Shown piece after piece: positions 37,217 through 49,500 of a DNA stretch of 64,000 bases. The number at the start of each line of letters is the position of its first letter. Within the stretch, counting starts at the first letter, position 1. The position numbers were made by a program, and so were the translations under genes. This DNA is from Dendrobates tinctorius (lineage: Eukaryota), in the NCBI RefSeq assembly GCF_039654945.1, contig NW_027361700.1:24924001-24988000 (forward strand). Reading direction: 5' to 3'. Below the pieces are notes generated by a model that saw nothing but the letters and a program-made list of their open reading frames with translations, had not been told where the DNA came from and ran no database searches.

Positions 37217-39683
37217 TAAGGGTCTCCCAACTCTCCTCCGACAGATCATGTTGAGGTAGATCAGGATTAGGCTGTTTGAATCTTGACACTCGATCCTTTT
37301 GTTCTTCACAAGATAAGCCGCCGCCAAAGCCATTTGGCAGCAGCTTTCTCTGCTGAATGTTCGTGTGTATGGGGGAATCAGGAGAGATAGTGATATCGTA
37401 TGTGTATGGTCATCGATAGTATCTACACCCACAGTTCCTATTACATGTTCTGTGAGTTTTTGTTTTAGCTCCAGTAACAGCGCCACTCTTACCGAGTTGG
37501 TTATGTCAAGTATTGCAACTCCTGTATCTAACAAGCAGCTGTGCTAACTTCTATACATTTTTTAGGATATTTTATATAAACAATTATTGGATCTTTGACA
37601 TTTTTCGCTCATACTTGTTTGGGATGTGAATCTTTGTATACATGGATGTTCGGCTCTTTCCTGTAATGACTGGCATGCAGATCCGAACCTGACCTATATA
37701 TAGATGTGCTGTATAATGAGGTGGAGCCGTGTCGTATGTGAAGTATATTACTGCCGTGTCTACATTGGAGCCATATCCTGGACTGTGTACGTTGCACTAG
37801 TCACGCTCTCCTCATAAATACTATATGTGCTGTGCTGGAGGGTGTCGACCGTCATGGCTTTTTTTTTTTTTTTTTTTTCTAGCAGGACTTTGAGAGATTA
37901 GGTAGTGACTCAGGATCAACTGACAATTGGGTTAGGGTTATGTGAGGACGTTAATATGATCCGCTGGGGGAGGGAGATGGCAGGCGCACTCCTGTATTGT
38001 GTTTGGTATAAATATCCTGGTGTATTGTGTGTGGGGGGTTCCTAGTATGTCTTGGATAATAACTCTGCTTGGACCCCTTCTAGTGTACAGATATAGCAGT
38101 GCTGATTTTGTCTGGCACAGCCGAGTCGAGTTTGTAAGTTGTAGTGATATCACAATATGGTTTTATTAATTTTTTAAAGTTGCCCCCCACCCAGTGTGGT
38201 TGATATCCTTGTGCCGCTTGCATACGACGACTGATGTGAATAGAGGCCATGACGCCGCAGGGATATCTGTTTCTCCTGCACCTGCGTCTGTGGATTGAGA
38301 ATAATCTCGGTATAATATTATTAGACTTGTCAGATGCTATTAGCTCCACTTCACAATTAGCGCAGACAGTAATTAAGACCCGTCCTCTGATTCATCACTG
38401 TTACCCCCAAGTTATAGACTAAATCAGAAAAATTGTTCCTTTGTTTCCATCTCTTTAATTAAGCGAGGCCCAGAGAGGAAGAGCGGCACATTTGTTATCC
38501 CTCTTGTCAAAAGTGGCATCCTTTAATTGTGTGACTGTACCACCAAGGGGAAGCTGCGCGCTAATCAGTCTTCATTGTATACATCTTCCTTATAGAACTC
38601 CCCATAGAAAAATTTTATTTTACTTTTAGAAATGCTGGCCATAGGTAGCTGTTGCCAAAAAATGCTCATTTAGCACCTCTGGCACCACGTATCTCTGCTG
38701 TCTGAACCTGGTCCAAGGGCTGGTTTTTATCATGTACTGCACTCGGACCAAAAATAGGCTATGTTCACACAACGATAACACTGGTGTGTCTCGTGTGGTA
38801 CAGGGACCATTAGACCCCCTCAAGCATGAGGGTCCCGGGTGCAACTTTTACTCCAGGACAGCTAAAAGGGGTTGTTGTGGGATTTTAGGATTTGGGGTGG
38901 GTACCCTAATAGCAGCAAATGGGATAAAATAAAAAAAACAAACAAAAGCAGACTCCAATTAAATTCTCCTCTGCGGTGGTCCCTGTTGGCATTTGTTTGC
39001 ACGTCCACGTGCCTATTGCAGCACATGACCGGTCTCCACATCCAGTCGCTGTACACACAGGTATCACTGCTTATGCTAGTGAGTGGCTGCAGCAGTAACA
39101 TGGACCACCAGAGAAGCAGAACAGCAGAGCTCCATGGTGGCCATTATCGGATACTGCCGCTCAGCTCCTATACATTGCAATAGAAGTTGATGATAATGAC
39201 CTATCCTAGAGATATTGGTAACCCTATATACGCTTACTGTACTCTCTGTGGGGGTGTGGGGTTAAAATCTCCACAGAGCTCCCTCTGAAATTGTTGCCCA
39301 CTTTCCCATACTCCTGAGTCGCCTACAACACAAATAGGTCGACATGTATTACTATGTAATTAGACAGACTTGGCATTGCTGACAACGCAGGCGAGATGTA
39401 ATTGCCGCCATGTTTGTTTCTTATAGTAGTAAATCTGCAGGCCTGGACGGTACAGGCGTATTGTCTGTGTATGTGAAGCTGTGGTATTTGTGGGGAATTT
39501 GAGTCTTGACACACGACTTCTAGGGTAACGGTCAAGCAGCAGTGTCACCGTCTGGCTGAATTGCTGCAATTATGGCTTCCCAACACTTACACAATCAGCC
39601 GAAAACCCTAATGTAAGCCACCCGAGTCTGCACACCGAGGCAACCTGTAGTCCTGTCATAAACCACAAAACATAGTAGGCTTA

Positions 39684-40350
39684 GGCCTCTTTCACACATC
39701 AGGTTTTCGCCGTCAGGCGCGATCCGGCGCTTTTGACAGAAACCGGATCCGGCGAAATGCAATGCCGGATCCGGTTTCCCCCCCATGGACTTGCATTTGC
39801 GCCGGATCGCGCCGGATGGCCATGCGTTTCATCCGGTTTTCGCCGGATCCGGCAATGTGTCGCGATCCGGCGTCTGGAAAAAACGGCTACTGTAACGTTT
39901 TTTGTCTCCGGCGAAAAAGCCGGACACTCCGGATCCGGCGCGTCCGGCTTTTTCACACAATGAAAGCCTATGAGCGCCGCAATGCGCCTGATCCGGCGAA
40001 AGCCGGATCCGGTTTTTTTGGTCTGAGCATGCTCAGTAGCTCTGCCCACTACAACCTGTCAAATAAGGGCTGTAGGAACATGCTATATATAGTTTTCCAG
40101 TAGCCAATCCCGTTCGGAAGGCCACAAGGGTCAATTTTAAAAACCAGATCCGGCGTAATCCGTCGAAAAATGGATAGCAAAACGGATGAACCGGATGAGA
40201 CGGATCCGGTTTTGTCTGTCAAGAACAAGACGGATCCGGCAGAAAACCGGATCCGGCACATCAGGTTTTACAAAACATTTGCCGGATCCGGCATTCCGGC
40301 ACGACGCCGGATCGCGCCTGACACCGAAAACCTGATGTGTGAAAGTAGCC
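39684..40350. mobile_element. Harbinger-type MITE rich in CCGGATCCGG
   Basis: TTA|GGCCTCTTTCACACATCAGG ... CCTGATGTGTGAAAGTAGCC|TTA. Confidence 0.88.
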
Positions 40351-42513
40351 TTACTAAACAGACTGGTGCGTGGATAGACTTGGTGCATTTTTGTCCACCT
40401 TTAGGTTGGCTTACTTTACATGAAGTTTTTACTGCATGTTGTGCCATTTGAAGACACAGCCATTTCTGCTAACTCACAGCCACTTGTAAAGCCAGACACA
40501 AAAAGTGTCTAGAACACATAATATATGCAGTGTTTTTTTTTTTTTTAGTTGCCAAACTCGTCTATGGATGGGACGAATTCATATAGTCGTAACATATTCT
40601 CTTCTGTAGACCTGTAGTGGTCGGAGCAATAATGAGAGAAGGATCAAACCATTCCACATTTCCAACAGTTGCCCTTTGTGTCCAATCTTAAGATTTCAGG
40701 ACTCGGACCGCGATGCATGGACTGGCCATGGGTTTCCTGACCTAAGAGTGACATCTTCATAGAAATACATGAAGCTGTCATTCTCCGCTCAGGAGACCCA
40801 CGGCTCGGACCAGTTCTGAGTCCTTAGGCCGGTGTGTGGAGCAGTTGATGTAACTGTGTATTTTATTTGATAAGAAGTCCGATTTTGGTGGTGAGCCTCA
40901 CCTCTTCTACTCCCTTCATAACATAACCACACTCGCTTTGTCTGCCCCCTCTCGCACATCCTCTCCTCCATCTGCTTTTTATTTGGACCCTATTGAATTC
41001 GGGGATTTGTTCAGCTGACAACTATCTGACCTTATTCGCCCTTGTGAAATGAAGTTATCAATTATAGCCAGTACCTCTTGCAAGATTTAAACCATACGTA
41101 TAAAGTACATGGGTTGTCACCCAGCTTTCCTAGTGTCCTGACTGGTGGGGGTAGAGGAGGTATCGACGTGTCACTAAACAAGGCCTCGTTTCCATTTATC
41201 TGGCCATTCTGCGATTTTTATTATTTGGCATGCTACAGAAACTCCAAAGGGAAACTGATGCCAGAAGTGAATTCATGGATTTCTATGGGATCGTTCCCAT
41301 TTATTCAGCATGTCTGTTGTTGCACCAGATTGTTTTTAGGGCTGGATCAGAAAATGCTACGTACAATGTTTTCTAATCCAGGTCTAGATGACAGATCAGT
41401 CCATGAAGTTCTCCATTTTCTATCAGTTTTGTCCAAATAAGGCATTAAAAAAACTGGCTGGACACAAAGAACGTGTAGAAAAGAGACCTCTGTCATCCAG
41501 GAGTGTGGACTGTGACAACCAATATGGCCACCAGAATATAATACCTGGGTAGTCATGCAGCTTTCCCAGTACCCTGAATGGCAGATCATTCGTAATAACC
41601 AGCAGAGATTAGTGATGTATAGGAGATTAGTATGAGTCGCATTACCCTCCATACCGGTATACTGGCTGATAGATCACACTGAATCAGGGCTCATTGCAGG
41701 AGAGCCGCAGACTCTTATCCTGACTCATTTCAGTTTCCGTTGGTAGAAATTTCAGCTTTTGATTTTTTTTTTCTTCCTTTCTTTGAATAGAAATGGTTTT
41801 CATGAATATGTCCAGATCTGTCTACAATAGCGGTGCCTCACTGCTTCCTGCTACAGGAAAATTCCTCCAATTCAACACTCAGGGGATCCGGTCAACCCAC
41901 ATCATTGGATAAAATTCAGCAATCGGTTTCAACAATAGATCATTCCTGCGTAAAATACTTGTGTCGTTTTTTCCATCACGGTAGTCTGCAGAGTGTCAGA
42001 TGTAGATTTTACAGCTGCCATGCTAGTTACCTGACAATACCACCAGGGGGAGCTTACTGCATACTGTCCCTACAGTAACACAGTATGCAGTGAGCTCTTA
42101 AGTTCCCCCTAGTGATAGCTGTATGTAGATAGAAAATTACTTTTTAATTCTGGAGTGTTTTTTTTTTTTTGAGTTTCTAGAAAGAAATGACATGATAATG
42201 ATAATAGGTAGTCAATCATTTAAAGTGACCTTAAGCTGAGACTTTTTTTGATTTGCAGGTAATGCATCGGGTTTAGCAATGATACAGAATCGGCAGCAGC
42301 AATAGCCTGAACCTCGTGTTCATATGGTCTATGTTATGTTACCATTGGGTATCCTGCACAATCATGAGTCTTCTATACCGCTCAATTGTTTAAAAGCATA
42401 GCCATCCCACGAATGTATATTCTGGATGGATTTAAAGGTTAGCCACTGTGCAGCCATAGAATATAATTTAATAATCGTTAATGCTTGTCTTTTTTTCGTT
42501 TTGTTCTTTTCAG

Positions 42514-42662
42514 CTATTGAGACACAGAGCACCAGTTCGGAGGAAATTGTCCCCAGCCCCCCTTCCCCGCCACCTCTCCCCAGAATCTACAAACCCTGTT
42601 TTGTGTGTCAAGACAAGAGTTCTGGTTATCACTATGGGGTCAGTGCCTGCGAGGGCTGTAAG
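42514..42662 (+). CDS. rara: rara exon: B region and first zinc finger
   Basis: [49 protein letters not shown]; ttttcag| and |GTAAGT; 149 bp. Confidence 0.98.
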
Positions 42663-43187
42663 GTAAGTACCGGCCGTGTCATTATAAGGGGGCTATTAAC
42701 GCAGATCCAGTATTCTACTATAACGACTTGTACACACTTATCTCATATGGGCTGATTCATTAAGCAGTTTACCCTAGAGAAAATTGTGCAAAAATGTTGC
42801 CATAATCACTGTAGGTCGGTGAACACTAAGCCTATTAATTAGAGTTGCTGACGATCCGCTTTACCAGAGCAGGGATGATCCTGTGTCATCACTTCTAAAT
42901 GCCGGGCCGCACACATGGCCAACACTGGCATTGTGCGCAATGGTACTGCAGAGATCTATAGAGCCCTATGTTAGAACCTGCTGCTGTCCTGCTGTGGTCT
43001 CATTCAGCGCACAGAAGAGGTTCTTCCTCGTGTAAGGCATGCGCCTGCCCTTGGCGCTGTGATGTTTACTCAGCATGGGACCTAAAATCACAGGATGACA
43101 ACACAACAGCGCACAATTTCATTATAACGCTGTGTGTAATGTGATATTACATGGTGTTCAGATTGTGTAGCTTCAGCAGCTGTGGAG

Positions 43188-43224
<37 letters not shown>

Positions 43225-43274
43225 CTTAAAAGGAACCTGGCAGGTGATGCAGAGAAAGTAAAAACAACAGTATC

Positions 43275-43788
43275 GCTGTGCTTAATTGGCCAGCAAACTC
43301 GTCTGACCTTAACCCCATAGAGAATCTATGGGATATTGTCAAGAGGAAGATGAGACACCAGACCCAACAATGCAGATGAATTGAAGGCTGCTATCAAAGC
43401 AACCTGGGCTTCCATAACACCTCAGCAGTGCCACAGGCTGATCGCCTCCATTCCACGCCGCATTGATGCAGTAATTGATGCCAGAGGAGCCCCGACCAAG
43501 TATTGAGTGCATTTACTGAACATACATTTCAGTAGGCCAACATTTCGGATTTTAAAATCATTTTTTCAAGCTGGTGTTATAAAGTATTCTAATTTACTGA
43601 GATAATGACTTTTGGGTTTTTATTGGCTGTAAGCCATAATCATCAACATTAATAACATATATTAAATAGTCATTACAAACACAGTGATCTATTTCAAGTG
43701 TTTATTTCTGAGTTTCACTTTTTCTTGAATAACTGAAATAAATTACGGTAACTTTTTGATGATATTCTAATTTTGTGAGAAGGACCTG
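43275..43788 (+). mobile_element. Tc1-like 3' fragment
   Basis: WPANSSDLNPIENLW...PRRIDAVI remnant followed by a TIR ending CTG|TA. Confidence 0.8.
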
Positions 43789-44040
43789 TATTAATTCAGC
43801 TCTGAAGGGAGCGGCATTTTGAATGCAGTTCAGGAGTATAATACAGACCATGCTAGATGATTAGAAATATATTACTATATCTAAATGGGTTGTCAGGTCC
43901 AAAACGATAAGTCTGCTGTCACTCGCAGTGCATGCGCTGGAGCGATTCATGAGTCTGCAGTCACACAGTTTTTGAAAGACCAAGCAGGGAGTTTGTTCCA
44001 CACATGTTGAAGAACTAACCACAGATCTTCTGTGGATGTA

Positions 44041-45603
44041 CAGTCATGGCCAAAAGTTTAGAGAATGACACAAATATTAATTTTTACAAAGTCTACTGCT
44101 TCATTTTTTCTAATGGCAATTTGCATATACTCCAGAATGTTATAAAGAGTGATCAGCTTAACAGCAATTACTTGCAAAGTCAATATTTGCCTAGAAAATG
44201 AACTTTATCCCCCAAAACACATTTCAACATCATTGCAGCCCTGCCTTAAAAGGATCAGCTAACATCATTTCAGTGATTGCTCCATTAGCACAGGTGTGGG
44301 TGTTGATGAGGACAGGGCTGGAGATCAATCTGTCATGATTAAGTAAGAATGACACCACTGGACACTTTAAAAGGAGGCTGGTGCTTGGCATCATTGTTTC
44401 TCTTCTGTTAACCATGGTTATCTCTAAAGAAACACGTGCAGTCATCATTGCACTGCACAAAAATGGCCTAACAGGGAAAAGTATCGCAGCTAGAAAGATT
44501 GCACCTCAGTCAACAATCTATCGCATCATCAAGAACTTCAAGGAGAGAGGTTCCCTTGTTGCCAAAAAGGCTCCAGGGCGCCCAAGAAAGACTAGCAAGC
44601 GCCAGGACCGTCTCTTAAAAGTGTTTCAGCTGCGGGATCGGGCTACCAGCAGTGCAGAGCTTGCTCAGGAATGGCAGCAGGCAGGTGTGAGTGCATCTGC
44701 ACGCACTGTGAGGCGGAGACTCTTGGAGCAAGGCCTGGTCTCAAGGAGGGCAGCAAAGAAGCCACTTCTCTCCAGAAAAAACATCATGGACAGACTGATA
44801 TTCTGCAAGAGGTACAGGGAGTGGACTGCTGAGGACTGGGGGTAAAGTCATTTTCTCTGATGACTCCCCTTTTCGATTGTTTGGGACATCTGGCAAACGG
44901 CTTATTCGGAGAAGACCAGGTGAGCGCTACCACCAGTCTTGTCTCATGCTAACTGTCAAGCATCCTGAAACCATTCATGTGTGGGGTTGCTTCTCAGCCA
45001 AGGGAATGGGCTCTCTCTGTCTTGCCTAAAAACACAGCCATGAATAAAGAATGGTACCAGAATATCCTCCAAGAGCAACTTCTCCCAACCGTCCAAGAGC
45101 AGTTTGGCGATCAACAATGCCTTTTTCAACATGATGGAGCACCTTGCCATAAAGCAAGGGTGATAACTAAATGGCTCAGGGAACAAAACATACAGATTTT
45201 GGGACCATGGCCTGGAAACTCCCCAGATCTTAATCCCATTGAGAACTTGTGGTCAATCATCAAGAGACGGGTGGACAAACAAAAACCTTCAAATTCAGAC
45301 AAAATAAAAGCATTGATTTTGCAAGAATGGACTGCTATCAGTCAGGATTTGATCCAGAAGTTGATTGAGAGCATGCCATTGAGAATTGCTGATGTCCTGA
45401 AGAAGGGTCAACACTGCAAATATTGACTTTCTGCATTAACTCATTCTAACTGTCAATATAACCTTTTGTTACTCCTAATATGATTGCAATTATATTTCTG
45501 TATGTGATAAAAAGATCTGACAAACACACATAAAAACCAGAGGGCAGCAGATCATGTGAAAATATAAAATTTGTGTCATTATCTAAACTTTTGGCCATGA
45601 CTG
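44041..45603 (+). mobile_element. Near full-length Tc1-like transposon with frameshifted transposase (~44414-45426)
   Basis: TIRs CAGTCATGGCCAAAAGTTTAGA / TCTAAACTTTTGGCCATGACTG; motifs GRPRKT, FQHDGAPCH, WPGNSPDLNPIEN. Confidence 0.93.
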
Positions 45604-46549
45604 CAGGCCTGCACAAAACTTTGTCTCTTCATGTAATCACACACACTCAATGATGTAGAGATCAGGACTCTGTATTGTAACTTTTCTGCTGCAAAATACA
45701 TTTTAAGCCAATCAGACACCTCCCTGATGGTATCACATAATAGATAAATAGCTGCCTGTATTTCTTAACTTTTTATGACACATAGAAATGGGCAACGTTG
45801 AGAAACCTAGATGCAGTGGTCAGGCAAGGAAACTTAGTGCAGCAGATGAAAACACATCATGCCTTCTTCCCGTCAAAATCTGAAGACGTCCAGCAGTGAC
45901 ATCAGCTCAGAACTGGCAGCAACCTGTGGGAACTTGCTATACCTAGCTACTGTTTGGATAAGTCTGACCACAAGTGGTCTGCATGGAAGTATTGCTGTCA
46001 AAACTGATACCTTCGACATAGAAACAAGGCCAAATGACTCAACTATGCACGAAAACATAGGAACTGTGGTGCAAAAAACGACAGCAGGTGCTCTGGACTG
46101 ACGACTCAAAATGTGAAATATTTGGCTTTAACAGAAGGCAGCTTGTTTACCTTAGGGCTCAATACTGAGCGTCTGCTGCGACAGTGAAGCATGGTGGGGT
46201 ATTTGCAGGTCCTGGGCTGTATTTAAACACATGAATTTGAGGATTCAGTTGGGATTAATGGTGTCCTCAATAATGAGAAATATAGGCAAATACTTCTCTA
46301 CCATAAAATGCCATCAGGGAGGCATCTAATTGGCTCCAAACTTTTTATGTATTAGGACAACTACACAAAACATGCAGAAAATGTCATTAAGAACTATTTT
46401 CAGAGTAAAGTTGAACAAGGAGTCCTAGAAGTGATTGCATAGTACCCCCCCCCCCCCCAAAGAGCCCTGAAAAAGATCTGTGGTTAGTTGTCCAACATGT
46501 TTGAAAGAACCTACTTACGGAGTTCCTTTAAAAACCGTGTGCCAATGTA

Positions 46550-49500
46550 CAGTTGTGCTCAAAAGTTTACATACTCCGGCAGAATTTTTGCTTTCTTGGC
46601 CTTTTTTCAGAGAATATGAATGATAACACCAAAACTTTTTCTCCACTCATGGTTAGTGGTTGGGTCAAGCCATTTATTGTCAAACTACTGTGTTTTCTCT
46701 TTTAAATCAAAATGATAACCCAAAACATCCAAATGACCCTGATCAAAACTTCACATACCCTGGTGATTTTGACCTGATAAGATGCACAGAAGTTGACACA
46801 AATGGATTTGAATGGCTACTAAAGGTAATATCCTCACCTGTGACCTGTTTGCTTGTAACTAGTGTGTGTGCATAAAAGCTGAGTGAGTTTCTGGGATCCA
46901 GACAGTCTCTTGCATCTTACATCCAGCCACTGACGTTTCTAGATTGTGAGTCATGGGAAAAGCAAAAGAATTGTCAATGGATCTACGGGAAAAGGTAGTT
47001 AAACTGTATGAAACAGGAAAGGGATACAAAAAGATATCCAAGGAATTGATAATGCCAGTCAGCAGCATTCAAACTATTAACAAATGGGAAATCAGGGGCT
47101 CTGTAAAAACAAAACCGCAGTCAGGTAGACCTACAAAAATTTTGTCCACAACTGCCAGGAAAATTGTTCGGGATGCAAAGGAAAAACCCACAAATAACAG
47201 CTGAAATACTGGACTCTCTGAAAACTAGTGGTGTGGCTGTTTCAAGATGCACAGTTAGGAGGCACTTGAAGAAAAATGGGCTGCATGGTCGAGTCACCAG
47301 GAGAAAGCCATTTCTGCGCAAATGCCACAAAGTATCTCGTCTACAATACACAATACAGCATAGAGACAAGCCTCAAAACTTCTGGAACAAGGTAATTTGG
47401 AGTGATGAGACCAAAATTGAACTTTTTGGCCACAATAATAATACATTTTATTTCTATAGCACCGACATATTCCGCAGCACTTTACATTTGAGAGGGGACT
47501 TGTACAGACCATAGACATTACAGCATAACAATAATCACATAAATCATAACATACCAAGAGGAATGAGGGCCCTGCTTGCAAGCTTACAATCTATGAGGAA
47601 AAAAAAGGTAGACACGAAAGGTGGGTGGTAACAATTGCCCTGATTGTTTGGATCAGCCATAATGTTAAGTGTGTAACAGTACAAACACAGAGGGCTGATA
47701 GATGCATAAAGCATGTGGGAACATGATGCGGGGAACCTGGTTATGGTAAGACTTTTGACTGTGCCACACAGGGATAGTTAGGTTAATGTGTTGAGGCAGT
47801 AGGCCAATCTGAGTAAATGCGTTTTCAGGGCACGCTTAAAATTGTAGGGATTGGGGACTAATCGTATTGACCTGGGAAGTGCATTCCAAAGAATTGGCGC
47901 AGCACGTGTAAAGTCTTGGAGACGGGAGTGGGAGGTTCTGATTATTGAGGATGCTAACCTCAGGTCATCAGCAGAACGGAGGGCATGGGTAGGGTGGTAG
48001 ACTGAAACGAGGGAGGAGATGTAGGGTGGTACTGAGCCATGGAGTGCTTTGTGGGTGAGGGTAATAAGTTTGTACTGTATTCTGGAGTGGATGGGTAGCC
48101 AGTGTAAGGACTGGCACAAGGTAGAGGCATCAGTGTAACGGTTGGCGAGGAATATGATCCTGGCTGCAGAATTCAAGACAGATTGGAGTGGGGAGAGTTT
48201 GGTAAGAGGGAGACCGATTAGTAGAGAGTTATAATAGTCCAGACGAGAATGAATAAGAGAAACAGTAAGAGTTTTTGCAGAGTCAAAAGTAAGAAAAGGT
48301 CGAATTCTAGAAATGTTTTTGAGATGCAGATAACAAGAGTGAGCCAGTGATGGATGTGGGGGGCAAAGGAAAGCTCGGAGTCAAGTATGACCCCAAGACA
48401 GCGGGCATGTTGCTGGGGAGTAATAGTGGAACCACACACAGAAATGGCAGTGTCTGGTATAGGTACATTAGTAGAGGGAGGAAACACAAGGAGTTCAGTC
48501 TTTGACAGGTTCAGTTTCAGATATAGTGAGGACATGATGTTAGGCACATCGTTTAGACAATCGCTGGTGTTTTCTAAAGAGGCAGGCTTGATGTCAGGAG
48601 AGGAAGCGTATAACTGGGTGTCATCAGCATAGAGATGGTACTGGAAACCAAATCTACTGATTGTTTGACCAATAGGGGCAGCGTACAAAGAGAAGAGGAG
48701 GGGGCTAGAACCGATCCTTGAAGAACCCCAACAGTAAGTGGAAGATGAGGAGGACAAGCCAGCAAAAGATACAGTAAAGGAGCGGTCAGAGAGATAGGAG
48801 GAAAGCCAGGAGAGAACAGTGTCCTTGATGCCGATGGAGCGGAGCATAGTGAGGAGGAGCTGATGATCCACAGTGTCGAATGCTGCAGAGATCCAAGAGA
48901 ATTGGCATGGAATAGTGACCATTAGATTTAGCTGTTAATAGATCATTAGCAACTTTAGTGAGGGCAGTTTCAATAGAGTGTAAAGAGCGGAAACCGGATT
49001 GGAGAGGTTCGAGAAGAGTTATCAGAGAGATGGCGGATCAGACGGGAGTGGACCAGGCGTTCCAGGAGTTTAGAAATGAAGGGAAGATTAGAGACAGGTC
49101 TATAGTTAGCGGCACAGTTTTGGTCGAGGGATGGTTTTTTAAGTAGTGGATGTATGATGGCATGCTTAAATGAGGAGGGAAATATACCAGAAGAGAGAGA
49201 GAGGTTAAATATTTTAGTTAGGTGAGGGATGACAGCAGGGGAAAGGGACTGGAGGAGATGTGATGGAAATGGGTCACTGGTGCAAGTGGTTGGGCGAGAA
49301 GATGTAAGGAGCCTGCTTACTTCTTCTGTGACTGGTTCAAAATCAGAGAGTGAGCTAGATGCAGTGGGGGAGAGAGGACAGTGCATGGTATGAGGTGATT
49401 GGGAGATAATTTCCTGTTGGATCTGGTCAATTTTTTCTTTGAAGTAATTGGCCAGATCGTCATCTCGAAGCTCCGTGGTTGGGGCCTGCACTCTTGGGTT

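Noticed and set aside
42426-42755. ORF-track starts and stops around rara exons
   Set aside because: Intron read-through; boundaries were set by splice sites and homology instead
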